This document shows, piece by piece, positions 23,575-35,965 of a stretch of DNA of 38,272 nucleotides. The stretch spans positions 35,379-73,650 of the forward strand of contig NIVC01003012.1 of assembly GCA_002269645.1 (NCBI GenBank), read 5' to 3'. The notes beneath the pieces are model-generated. The model was not told the DNA's origin and searched no databases. It worked only from the letters and a program-made list of their open reading frames with translations. The DNA is from Macrostomum lignano. Lineage: Eukaryota. The first letter of the stretch is position 1. Each line of letters starts with the position of its first letter. The position numbers and the translations under genes were made by a program.

Positions 23575-24590
23575 TTGAATCTGAATCTGAATCCGAAATC
23601 AGAATCCGATCTGAATCCGAATCCGAATCTGAATCCGAATCTGAATCCGAATCTGAATTTGAATCCGAATCTGAATCCGAATCTAAATTTGAATCAGAAT
23701 CTGAATCCGAATCTGAATCCGAATCTGAATCCGAATCTAAATCCGAATCTGAATCCGAATCTGAATCCGAATCTGAATCCGAATCCGAATCCGAATCCGA
23801 ATCTGAATCCGAATCTGAATCCGAATCTGAATCCGAATCTGAATCCGAATCTGAATCCAAATCTGAATCCGAATCTGAATCTGAATCCGAATCCGAATCC
23901 GAATCCGAATCTGAATCCGAATCTGAATCCGAATCTGAATCCGAATCTGAATCCGAATCCGAATCCGAATCTGAATCCGAATCTGAATCCGAATCTGAAT
24001 CCGAATCTGAATCCGAATCTGAATCCGAATCTGAATCCGAATCTGAATCCGAATCTGAATCCGAATCTGAATCCGAATCCGAATCTGAATCCGAATCTGA
24101 ATCCGAATCTGAATCCGAATCTGAATCCGAATCTGAATCCGAATCTGAATCCAAACCCGAATCTGAATCCAAATCCGAATCTGAATCCAAATCCGAATCT
24201 GAATCCAAATCCGAATCTGAATCTGAATCCGAATCTGAATCCAAACCCGAATCTGAATCCAAATCCGAATCTGAATCCAAATCCGAATCTAAATCCAAAT
24301 CCGAATCTGAATCTGAATCCGAATCTGAATCCAAACTCGAATCTGAATCCAAATCCGAATCTGAATCTGAATCCGAATCTGAATCCAAATCCGAATCTGA
24401 ATCCAAATCCGAATCTGAATCCAAATCCGAATCTGAATCGAAATCCGAATCTGAATCCAAACCCGAATCCGAATCTGAATCCGAATCTGAATCCAAACCC
24501 GAATCCGAATCTGAATCCGAATCCGAATCCAAATCTGAATCCGAATCCAAATCTGAATTCGAATCTGAATCTGAATCTGAATTTGAATCT
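23575..24590. repeat. (GAATCC/GAATCT)n hexanucleotide array, about 1 kb
   Basis: Alternating GAATCC and GAATCT units with AAATCC/AAACCC variants in the right half. Confidence 0.99.
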
Positions 24591-26187
24591 GCATATATAG
24601 TAGGATTCCACTATAACAAAGACACTACTTTTTCAACGCTCTTCTAGTAGTATATCAAAGTTTTTTTGTTGTATTTAGCTCGTAGAATTCTAAATCTTGA
24701 TCGAATTACAACTGCGAATTTACTCACTAGTAGCTTTGGATTAAAATATAACAAAGAATAGCGTCTCTCGCACACAAGCTAACTCAGGAAACCTGTTCGC
24801 AAATTAATAATGCCTACCCTTATTATTTTTCGGCTCGTAGCAGCCCAGCTATAATAATGATCATCTTCTAACAGGTGAGGCAGGTGCGAAAAATATAATT
24901 AGCATGTTGTCGCCTTGGCATGAATCGCCATGCAGGTTTTTTGGCTCTGACCGGATGTGAAAAAAAAGAAATTGTATGAAATTTAAGTGTAGGTCGATAT
25001 TCTCATTCATATGCGCATGAGAGCTGGGATTTGTTAATCTCGCTTGTTCTCTCTCTCTCTCTCTAGGACTAATCCCCAACAGGTGCTTCCCTGCTCGCAC
25101 AGAGCATTCAATATGCTCGCCTAAGACCAAGTTTCTTGCATGTCTATCGCTGCCGATCGTGCCCTGGCATACACCTAGTTATTAGTTGAGTTGAATCACA
25201 GAGAATTAACACTGTATGGTCAAGGGATAAATTGAAAATTCTGGAATTGAGGAGTGAGAGAGAGTGGGTGAGCGTGTGAAAGTCCCTGAGCAGAACAATA
25301 TGGGAATTAGCAGCAGCAAATGTGAGGCAGATGTAATAAAAGGAAAGTAAAGGCAGGTGCTGAACAAATGCTTGTGAGGCAAAATTATCACTGGCTGTCA
25401 GGCAGGCAGTCGCCAGTACAAACAGTACATATATATAGATTGACCTTATAATCAGGCGTTTGGGAAGAGACAAAAAAGCGACGAATGGATAGTCGCGAAA
25501 AATCCTTTAGCAAACCTCGGGAGCGGGGAGCGGGGAGCGGCGGGGGATATTTGGCGTAAGCCCCACCTCGCCTCCTCGCGGAGCGAGCGCCTTCTTCTCC
25601 TCGCTCAGTAAGTCAACAGAGACAGTCAGTCAGAGTCTAATAAAGATGAGCTGACTGCTCCAATAACTTCCTCACTGGAGAGAGAAGCGGGCTCCAAGTG
25701 TGCCAAACACGCTTTCTCTCTCTCTCTCTCGTCTCCCATTCCCAACGCGCGGGACATCAGTTCTGCTTTTAGAAGCAGCAGAAGCGGAGGCGTCGGCGGC
25801 AGCAGCGGCTGGTTGTGTGCGTGACCCAGAAAGCAATTTCTAGCAAAGATTTTTCAATCCAGTCCGCATTGATCAGCGCAGCTACATGGATTTGAGTTCT
25901 GCAATTTCGCTTCACCTGCAGAGGCTTGATATTGAAGAGCAGTTCGAGCAATTTAAATAATTATCCCCACCGCCTCAGCTCCGGGAAAGACAATTAAAGC
26001 CACACAAGTGGACGAGACTGCAGACTTCTGCAGACTGGCGGCAGAGCATTGTAGGCTGCACGCCCCCGATGGTGACTGCATGGGTTCTCAAACAGCTCGG
26101 CATCTACTCGATTTTCAGACATAGGGCATAATTTTTTTATTCAATTGCTGAAAGGATTTCTGCTGCGCAATTTAATCATTAAGTTGA

Positions 26188-26990
26188 AGATTCAATGATC
26201 CAATGACCCAATGACCCAATTACCCAAAAACCCAAATACCCAATTACTCGATGAACCAATGACCCAATGACCCAAATACCCAAATACCCAATGACCCAAT
26301 GATCCAATGATCCAGTGCTTAATGACCCAATGACCCAATGACCCAATTACCTAAATACCCAATGAACTAGTGACCCAGTGACTTAATGACCCAATGATCC
26401 AATGACCGAATGATCCACTGACCCAATTATCCAATGACCCAATCTGGCGAGTAAAGAAACCAAATAACCCAATTACTCAATGACCCAATCATCCAATGAC
26501 CCAATGACCCAATGATCCAATGATCCAAGGATCCAATGACCCAATGACCTAATAACCCAATGACCCAATGATCCAAGGATCCAATGACCCAATGACCTAA
26601 TAACCCAATGACCCAATGACCCAATGACTCAATGACCCAATGACCCAATGACCCAATGACCCAATGACCCAATGACCCAATGACCCAATGATCCAAGGAT
26701 CCAATGACCCAATGACCTAATAACCCAATGACCCAATGATCCAAGGATCCAATGACCCAATGACCTAATAACCCAATGACCCAATGACCCAATGACCCAA
26801 TGACCCAATGACTCAATGACCCAATGACCCAATGACCCAATGACCCAATGATCCAATGATCCAATGACCCAATGACCCAATGACCCAATGACCCAAATAC
26901 CCAATGAACCAATGACCCAGTGACTCAATGAACCAATGACCCAGTGACCCAATGACCCAATGACCCAATGACCCAATGATCCAATGAACC
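26188..26990. repeat. (TGACCCAA)n octanucleotide array
   Basis: Direct reading, with TGATCCAA variants. Confidence 0.97.
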
Positions 26991-27623
26991 AACCTGGCGA
27001 GTAAAGAAACCAAATAAACCAGACAGCGGACATTGTATAATTATTAAAGTTTATTTCATCAGATATAGCTCGATTTGGTGCACAACTGTTATAATTGTGG
27101 CTGTACAGACAGCACTGACAAGCTGTACAAATGCTAAATTAAAATTGATCAAATATTTTGTGCAGTTCATCCATTTTTTGTGCCACATCAATTTGCTGTT
27201 CGCTGTTAAACACAGGGGGGGCATTTTTAATTTCAGTTTTGATGGTCGAGCTTTCGCACACACAATGCGCGAAGTTACTCGTACATGACAAATTTCGTAC
27301 TGAAAAAAGCAGGATAAAAACAATTAAATTTCAGCCATGAAACCGACAAAAGAGAAACAGAATTGACATACATAGAGAAAGCAACAATTTTCTTTTGACC
27401 AAAATAAGCAACGGCAGCAGAAGAAAGGACAGAGAAACACGCGGCAAAAATATGACAGGTTATAGTTTGTACGTGCTAGAGGCTTGGAGAAGTTGATAAG
27501 AGGAAAAGAGAGGGGGGGGCAACCTTCGGGCAACTCGATGTCAAAATTCGGAAATAACGAATGCGAGACTCTGGAAAGGAAGAATGCCAGCCAGGCCAGT
27601 TGCTGCTGCTGCTGCAGAAGCTT

Positions 27624-28550
27624 CTAGAAGACGCAACTGCTGCCCAGCTTGCCGCTGTCAACGCCCGCCGTAGCCGCCGCCGCCGCCGCCGCGGCCGCCA
27701 GCGCAGCAGCCGTTGTCGGCTTGCCGTTCTCTTCGTCCTCTTCGTCCTCGGTCTCGTCATCGTCTGGAAGCTCCTCGGAGGTGACGGCGGCGGCGGCCGC
27801 GGCGCACATAGCCTGATGGTAGTCGCCTGGAGAGCAGCTGCCGATGCGCTGGAAGTACTCCATGTGCTGCTGGTAGGCCAGCTGCTGCCCACCGCTGCCA
27901 TAGTAGTCCACAGCGCCATCGAGATGCTGCTGCCTGTGCATCGACTGCTGAAGCTGCTGCTGCTGCTGCTGCTGCTGGTGATGGTGCATCGGCACAGGAA
28001 TCGCGTACTGCACCTGCTGGTGCTGATGATGATGCGGTGGCTGCTGCTGCTGCTGCACCTGCGGCTGCGGACTCGGCGCCGAGTACATGTGCATCGGCAG
28101 GCCTATCGCGGCTGCTGCCGCGGCTGCCGCGGCGGACGCGCAGTCGCCGTACGGATAGTTCAAGTAGATGCCACCGGGGCTGTAGCTGTCGCCGCCGCCG
28201 GCGCTGCCACAGTACTGCCTGGCATCGTACGGCTGACCATCCAGATAGCCGATCTGTCTGGCGCTGCTGTAGCCGGCAGCTGAGCCGTACTGCGACTGGA
28301 TCGAATAGCTCCGATAGCCGTCGTCTCCGAGCACAGTCAGCTCTTCCAGAGTCGGCTGCGTTGAGGCCGGGTCGAAATGATCGACGATATGGTGATGCTG
28401 ATGATGCTGATGATGGAGCTGCTGGAGCTGCTGCTGTTGCTGATGCTGATGGTTGGAAGACAGCGGCTGCTGGTGCTGATGAAGTTGAGGTTGCTGCTTC
28501 GGCGGCGGCTGCAGCGGTCCCATAATGAAGTCGTGTTGCTGCTGCTGCTG

Positions 28551-28590
<40 letters not shown>

Positions 28591-28913
28591 AGGCCAATGA
28601 CGTCAGCCGATCGATCAAATGACTGCGAGCCGCGCGCTGCCGTCTTCGAAGAGCCGCCGCCGCCGCTGCCGCCGCTGCTGCCACTGCTGCCTCCAGAGCC
28701 GCCGCTCTTGCCAGTTGAAGTCGCCTGGCGCGGCTGCGGGTCCGGGAAGGCCATGCTGTACAGGATCTCCGGGTCGCACACAAACTTGTAGACGTACCGC
28801 TCGCCTGCCACCTTCTGCATGATGCCCTTCTCGTAGTAATAGCGCAGCGACCGGCTCAGCTTGTCGTAGTTCATGGCTGGCCGGTTCTTCTGGATGCCCC
28901 ACAGCCGGGCCAC
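27624..28913 (-). CDS. ETV1/4/5: PEA3-family ETS factor, terminal exon (second half of the ETS domain plus long low-complexity tail)
   Basis: [56 protein letters not shown] is the PEA3 signature; acceptor CATCAG|GTG at 28914/28913, phase 0. Confidence 0.96.
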
Positions 28914-29185
28914 CTGATGATTGATTGGGGTTGGGGTTGGGGCTCCACTCATACTGCACGGTGAGAGACGTGTCTGATTCTGCGTGTGTGCCAAGCATGA
29001 CTGTAAATAGCGTTTCTGGAATTGCAAACATTATTTAATAATAGACTAGAATTGGGAAGAGATCGGGATTAAAGATACTGACGACTCGTCTGTCCCAGAG
29101 AAATTTTGAATATCTTCAGCCCAATCTCAATGCCAAGATGAACAAATTTCTAATGATTATCGAGTAGGAAGTTTCGCTTGCAAGA

Positions 29186-29535
29186 ATAGAGGAGAGGAGA
29201 AGAGAGGAAAAGAGAGGAGAGATGAGATGAGAGAGGATAGATAAGAGAGGAGAGAGGAGAGAGGAGAGAGAAGAGAGAGGAGAGGAGAGAGGAAAAAGAA
29301 GGAAGGAGAGGAGAGAGGAGAGAGAAGAAAGAGAAGAGAAGAAAGAGAAGAGAAGAAAGAGAAGAAGAGAGGAGAGAGAAGAGATACGCTCGTAGAAGGG
29401 AGAAGAGGAGAGAGAAATGATAGACGAGAGGAACGAGAAGAGAGGAGAGAATAGATAAGAGGAGAGAGAAAAGAGAGGAGAGAGAAGAGAGAAAAGAGAG
29501 AAGAGAGATGAGGGGAGAGAAGAAAGAAAAGTGAA
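29186..29535. repeat. GA-rich low-complexity tract in the ETS intron
   Basis: GAGAG/AAGAG purine run. Confidence 0.9.
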
Positions 29536-29599
29536 GCGAGAGTAGATCTGAGAAGAAGCAATAAAAATTCAGCGGGCCGAATATTGTGTGAAGTTTTAA

Positions 29600-29656
29600 A
29601 GGACCCGAGGGCTGGATAGAGAGGCTTCCCTTCGGGCCGGAGTGTGCCGACCCCTG
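29600..29656. mobile_element. Single hAT(Charlie)-like terminus remnant
   Basis: Ends in GGGCCGGAGTGTGCCGACCCCTG (reverse complement CAGGGGTCGGCA, a common hAT TIR form); partner end not found. Confidence 0.35.
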
Positions 29657-30169
29657 TACTACAGCCTTATTGATGCTCAGGTGTCGCGCGCTGATTTTGA
29701 TTATTAGCAAACTACTGTGGCGCGCCGGCGCTCTTCCTCCGCGGAACAGACACGTGACCTGTCCCGGCCAGTGTCTTCTAGAAATTCTAGCAATAGCTAT
29801 GGTCTGTTTGCATTCCCCCTTCCCTCCATGCGCCAGCTATAGCTCGGAGGAAGCTCAGGTGTTTGGGATTATTAATATCCAGTCTGGACGCCACGGCGGT
29901 GAACTGGATATTGCTGCAAATATTTTCTTCAAGACCGGCCCCGGCACGCGTTTGCTTTCGCGCTGTCATCCGGTTTTGCCTGCTGAAATTTCTGCACAAA
30001 ACTAAACAGATATTTGAGGGGGGACTGGGACTCGAATCTCGGATAGCAAACAGCATTTTGTTTTCTATTTAGTTGGAAGCGGTAGCTTTTATTATTAAAC
30101 AAGCAATTCACGGTTTCCGATCGGGGTGTTGAAATTCTAACAAAGTGAAATTGCTATATGAACCATACT

Positions 30170-30900
30170 TGGAATATTACATTTCTAAGAGTATGAAATC
30201 ATACCGAAAATATGAAATTTCCAAGACTATTAAATCATGTTTGAAATATCAAATATGACATCTCCAAGAATGTTAACTATAGTGGATCATGAAATTTCCA
30301 AGAATATGAACTCATACCGAAAATATGAAATTTCTAAGAATTCAAACTACACTGGAAATATGAAATTTCTAAGAATTCAAACTACACTGGAAATATTAAA
30401 TTTCTAAGAATTCAAACTACACTGGAAATATTAAATTTCTAAGAATTCAAACTACACTGGAAATATGAAATTTCTAAGAATTCAAACTACACTGGAAATA
30501 TGAAATTTCTAATAATTCAAACTACACTGGAAATATGAAATTTCTAAGAATTCAAACTACACTGGAAATATGAAATTTCTAATAATTCAAACTACACTGG
30601 AAATATGAAATTTCTAAGAATTCAAACTACACTGGAAATATGAAATTTCTAAGAATTCAAACTACACTGGAAATATGAAATTTCTAAGAATTCAAACTAC
30701 ACTGCAAATATGAAATTTCTAATAATTCAAACTACACTGGAAATATGAAATTTCTAAGAATTCAAACTACACTGGAAATATGAAATTTCTAAGAATTCAA
30801 ACTACACTGGAAATATGAAATTCCAAGAGTATGAACTATACTGAAAGTATGAATTTTAAACAGATAAGAATAACTGGAAAGATGAAATTTCTAAGAATAC
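30170..30900. repeat. 35-bp AT-rich minisatellite (AAATATGAAATTTCTAAGAATTCAAACTACACTGG)n, about 15 core copies
   Basis: Core 30320-30835 with degenerate flanking units. Confidence 0.97.
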
Positions 30901-31821
30901 AACCTAACTTCAAGCATAACAGGTGGGACCTGCAGTTAGTTAACCACAGGCAATATTGGTATTGAGTGTCAGTTTGACAGTTTCAATATGCAGAATTCTA
31001 TCCCCAATTAGAAGCGGTTGTTAAGATCTGTCAGGCTGGTACAGGTGGGAGCTTGCAGCGGTGGTCAAGCTGATTCGAGGCCCAGATTATACAACCGATA
31101 GGAACACCTGCTGATCAATTTTCGACACAATAAATGTCTTCAAGCACTTGAGTCCGAATTCGAATCTTAGGCCGGTGTCCATTTCACAAAACAGTGCGAT
31201 TCTCGCAGAGCATCGTGGAGGCCTATTGAGCCAATGAAGAGTCTCCAGCTATGCTCATAATCCGGCCTTCTCTTATCAATATTGAGAAAGGTGGCCTTGG
31301 TATGGATACTCAAGCCCCCATAGGCCCTGACTGAGGGATAGATACTCCTAGCTGAAGGGCCGGAGGGCGGAGCGCGCGGGGACGGACGGGCGCAGACCCT
31401 CTCGAAGATCAATGCTCCCTAATTAGAGGACTTCTCTGGTGGCTTAGATTTTAAGCCTCAGATAACAGGGAGCTGAGGATTGAGAAGCTGAAGACTCGCA
31501 GAGTTGAAAGAGGATTTCGGCGCGAACGCCCCTGGACACGGGGTGAATTAATGAAAATTTTGCTGCTTTCCCCAGCCTAGGCTAGGGGCCATTAAACTAA
31601 TGAAACTCAGTCAGCATCTCCCTGATCCTCAGCGAGAGTCACTGCGGGCCGGCTCACTCTAACCAGTTTGTATAAAAATAATAATCATAATCCGTTAAAA
31701 CTCTGTTCAAGACCAGCCAGTCTGAGACCCCGCGGCCTGCGGTTTGAGGAAAAGCAAATTTTCAATTAATTAAAACACGATTAGCTAGGGAGAGGAGGAG
31801 CTGTTTTTTGCTTCATCATTT

Positions 31822-32495
31822 TAGTCTAACAATCTCAAAGTCTAGTCTCGCAATCTCAGCGTCTAGCCTCGCAATCTCAAAAAAATCTCACAATCTCAAA
31901 CTCTAGTCTCACAATCTCTGCGTCTAGTCTCACAATCTCAAACTCTAGTCTCACAATCTCAGCGTCTAGTCTCACAATCTCAAACTCTAGTCTCACAATC
32001 TCAAAGTCTAGTCTCACAATCCTACACTCTAATTCCACAATCCCACACTCTAGTCTCACAATCTTAAACACTAGTCTCACAATCTCAAAGCCTAGTCTCC
32101 CAATCTCAAAGCCTAGTCTCCCAATCTCAAAGCCTAGTCTCCCAATCTCAAAGCCTAGTCTCCCAATCTCAAAGCCTAGTCTCCCAATCTCAAAGCCTAG
32201 TCTCCCAATCTCAAAGTCTAGTCTCACAATCCCGCACTCTAAGTCACAAATCTCACACTCTAGTCTCACAATTCTACACTCTAGTCTCACAGTCCCACAC
32301 TCTAGTCTCACAATCCTACACTCTAGTCTCACAGTCCCACACTCTAGTCTCACAGTCCCACACTCTAGTCTCACAATCCTACACTCTAGTCTCACAGTCC
32401 CACACTCTAGTCTCACAATCCTACACTCTAGTCTCACAGTCCCACACTCTAGTCTCACAATCCCGCACTCTAGTCTCACAGTCCCACACTCTAGA
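31822..32495. repeat. 21-bp minisatellite (CTAGTCTCACAATCTCAAACT-type), about 32 copies
   Basis: Direct reading; begins about 15 nt from the ETS exon donor. Confidence 0.97.
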
Positions 32496-32511
32496 GTCCC
32501 GCCAGTCTCAC

Positions 32512-32774
32512 CTCCTCAGGCTCAATGAGCTTGAACTCCATCTCTTTGCCAGTCCAGCAGATGCAGCCGCCGCTGCCGGGGTCGTCCAGCAGGGTGACGA
32601 GAAACTGCCACAGCTGCAGGGAGCCGCGCCTGTTCGGTTGGCCACCCAGGGCTGCGGCCGCCGGCGCAAACTGCAGTGAGCGGCTGCGGCGGCTGCTGCG
32701 GCTGCGGCAGCTGCCGAATCGGCTGGCTTGGCTTCTTGCTGATGATGAGGCTGCTGCTGCTGCTGCGGCGGAGG
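32512..32774 (-). CDS. ETV1/4/5: PEA3-family ETS factor exon, first half of the ETS domain
   Basis: Frame not listed in the ORF track: QPNRRGSLQLWQFLVTLLDDPGSGGCICWTGKEMEFKLIEPEE, then donor GAG|GTGAGA (32512/32511) in phase with 28913. The 5' boundary at 32774 (CCCAG|CC, phase 1, CCTAAC branch point) is inferred. Confidence 0.9.
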
Positions 32775-33224
32775 CTGGGCCAAGTGGTGATGATGATGAG
32801 GATGATGGTTAGGTGTTGAGAAGGCGGTGAAGTAGCTGTCAGATTTGCAGTGTCGCACCTGGTGCAGATTGGCTAAAATTGATAGATATGTATATAGAAA
32901 TGCATCTCAGTCAGTGGTGTCTCAATTTACCAAACAGACAGAAACATTCACGGAGATCTCACCTGCTGACTCAGGCGTCACTGCAGCCTGATCCCCGAGT
33001 TGACCAGCTGAAAAATTGGGAGATTTCAACAGAATTAAGGAATTATCCCAAAATTCTTTTGCCAGGGGTTTGGACAAGAGGATAAAGTATTTTATAGAGC
33101 ATTTATTTCCTCGAAATCTTTTATCAACAGCATCACCATCAAGCAACCTTTGAAATCCATAAGCATAATCCATAGCCAAAGTTGCTCAGGTCCTTCAAAA
33201 ATTCTACAGCTTCTCAAATATCGG

Positions 33225-33740
33225 CAAAACCTTCTCAAACCTTTTTAACTTCCTCAAACTCCCCCCAGACTCCCAAAAAGCTTCCAAAAACTTCCCCCAA
33301 GCTTCCATGAACTTCCCTCCAGCTTCCCCCAAGCTTCCAAAAACTTCCCTCAAGCTTCCATGAACTTCCCTCCAGCTTCCCCCAAGCTTCCAAAAACTTC
33401 CCTCAAGCTTCCATGAACTTCCCTCCAGCTTCCCCCAAGCTTCCAAAAACTTCCCTCAAGCTTCCATGAACTTCCCTCCAGCTTCCCCAAGCTTCCATGA
33501 ACTTCCCTCCAGCTTCCCCAAGCTTCCATGAACTTCCCTCCAGCTTCCCCCAAGCTTCCATGAACTTCCCTCCAGCTTCCCCAAGCTTCCATGAACTTCC
33601 CTCCAGCTTCCCCAAGCTTCCATAAACTTCCCTCCAGCTTCCCCAAGCTTTCATGAACTTCCCTCCAGCTTCCCCCAAGCTTCCATAAACTTCCCTCAGA
33701 CTTTCCCACAGGTTTCCTCTAAACTCCCCCAAGACTCCCT
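33225..33740. repeat. CTTCC-based 10/11-bp repeat with 31/32-, 21- and 53-bp higher-order units
   Basis: 53-bp period measured at 33302, 33355 and 33408. Confidence 0.95.
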
Positions 33741-34238
33741 ACCCCAAGCCACGCATTCCGCCTGACCAGCAAACCTAATCAAATCCCACCAGATAGAAAT
33801 TTTGAAACCGCAAATTTCAGCAACTGACTGGCTGCTATACTGCCCCGCCGCCTCGCCCTCTCCCCTCTGTCCGTAGGGAACGCAGGTAGGGCCGGGTTTC
33901 ACTCGCAGCAGCAATAAGCCAGCAGAATTTTGACTCTCTTTTCAGGAAATGAGTTTTTCTTCAAGCCCTCCTCCCGGCTGCAAAGCTGCTTTGCTGACTT
34001 CTGAGTCGCCAACTCCCCCCCCCCGCCTAGGCGCTGGGATCGGATTGCATCGAAGGAGGAGAAAATTCAGTAAATCCGAAATCGCACAAATCACTGGGTT
34101 TAGCTGCCTCTGATGATGATGATGTTGTTGATGAACCGCTGCTTGACTGCACTGGAATTAGAAGGCCTGATATCGGTGGCCCGCCCACAGCCCTGCGCCC
34201 CCTTCCCCAGCGGGGGCCCCGTCCCAGACTCGCCGCAC

Positions 34239-34451
34239 CTGTCCGCTCAGCCGTCAGCTCGTCCAGTTCCAGCTCCATCGCCGTGGCGGCCGGAGGAGCT
34301 GAAGATGTCGCTTCGTCGGCAAGCTCGGAGTCTGCGGGCTGCGCGACTTCGTCATCATCTTCTTCTTCTTCTTCTTCGTCTTCGTCCACGTCGTCTTCTG
34401 CGTCGTCTCCGACTGCCCCGTTGAAGCTGCTTGGACTGCGGTCGGAGCAGC
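34239..34451 (-). CDS. Probable acidic exon of the ETS gene (poly-Asp/Glu; 71 codons, phase 1-1)
   Basis: Acceptor CTCTCCGCGCAG|GC and donor ACAG|GTGCGG; reads GCSDRSPSSFNGAVGDDAEDDVDEDEEEEEEDDDE...ELDELTAERT; joins the 32774 exon in frame. Confidence 0.65.
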
Positions 34452-34459
34452 CTGCGCGG

Positions 34460-35128
34460 AGAGTGACATTGGGGAGAGTGACATTTGGGAGAGTGACATT
34501 GGGGAGAGTGACATTAGGGAGAGTGACATTGGAGAGAGAGACATTGGATAGAGAGGGATTGAGGAGAGTGAAATTGGAGAGAGTGGCACTGTAGAGAGAG
34601 TGACACTGCAGAGAGAGTGACACTGTAGAGAGAGTGACAGTGCAGAGAGAGTGACACTGCAGAGAGAGTGACACTGTAGAGAGAGTGACACTGCAGAGAG
34701 AGTGACACTGTAGAGAGAGTGACACTGCAGAGAGAGTGACACTGTAGAGAGAGTGACGCTGAATAGTGACATTGAGTAGAGCGATGACACTGAGGAGAGA
34801 GTGAGACTGAGTAGTGTGACACTCAGTAGAGTGACACCGATTTTAGGGACACTAAGGGGAGGGTGACACTGAGGAGAGAGTGACACTGAGGAGAGTGATA
34901 CTGAGTAGAGTGACACTAAAGAGAGAGTGACACTGAGGAGAGTGACACTGAGTAGAGTGACACTAAGAAGAGAGTGACACTGAGGAGAGAGTGACACTGA
35001 GGAGAGAGTGACACTGAGGAGAGTGATACTGAGTAGAGTGACACTAAAGAGAGAGTGACACTGAGTAGAGTGACACTGAGTAGAGTGACACTGAGTAGAG
35101 TGACACTGAGTAGAGTGACACTGAGGTA
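34460..35128. repeat. GAGAGTGACACT-core minisatellite (mostly 15-17-bp units)
   Basis: Direct reading; abuts the acceptor at 34452. Confidence 0.95.
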
Positions 35129-35759
35129 GCAACATTGTGGAGAGTGTCCTATCCAATACAAGAGTGGCATTTCGCGTGTGACATCCAAGAGGGCAATCTC
35201 TCATTTCTCGATTTGTAGTGTTCGAATTTCTATAATTCAACAGTTTAAAAGTTATTTTTTAATAACTTCTGAAACAGACATCCGACAGATTTCAAATAAA
35301 AACTCGCCAAAATCCTGGCTTTGTTTCTTTAGCAAAAAAGCAGAATTTAAGCAGGCAAAATCAGGAGAATTTCAAGCCAAACCCCCCAATTCCAGCCAGC
35401 CGGTGCCCCCCTCCCCAGTCCACCTGGAGCAAATGGTGGAGCTTTTTTCAATTCTAAAGCCTCAACCAGTCGTTAATTGTTGCGGGTCGGGCTATCGGAT
35501 CCAGAAAAACGATTTATGACACAATTGCAGACAGGCAGCCAGTCCCGTGTCGAGTTCTCGAGTTAAACCAGACCATAATTCAAGTCAGTCAGCCGATGCC
35601 CAGCTCCAACTTCAAACCCCGGCTCGCTCTGCTCTTGATTAGGATTTTTGAGCACAGTTTTTTAAATCAGATGATTTTTTTGTGGACTGATGCCCTCCGT
35701 TCCTCCGCGTTACGGACGGACTGAACGAGACTCGATAACCGTTTACTCTGGTCTCTGCT

Positions 35760-35965
35760 TCCCCCTCTTCTCACCCTCTCTTCTCCCTCTCTCACCCTCT
35801 CTTCTCCCTCTCTCACCCTCTCTTCTCCCCTTTCTCATCCTCTCTTCTCCCCTTTCTCATCCTCTCTTCTCCCCTCTCTCATCCTCTCTTCTCCCCTTTC
35901 TCACCCTCTCTTCTCCACTTTCTCACCCTCTCTTCTCCACTTTCTCACCCTCTCTTCTCTCCTAT
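35760..35965. repeat. Pyrimidine-rich 21-bp repeat (CTCACCCTCTCTTCTCCCTCT)n
   Basis: Period measured at 35770, 35791 and 35812. Confidence 0.92.

Noticed and set aside
23491-24611. Poly-DS ORF resembling Sdr or phosphophoryn, and poly-NP/NL ORF
   Set aside because: Hexamer array lacking stops in multiple frames; no flanking coding context.
27561-28622. Plus-strand Leu-rich ORFs (up to 240 aa)
   Set aside because: Antisense shadows of the CAG/GCC-rich ETS exon.
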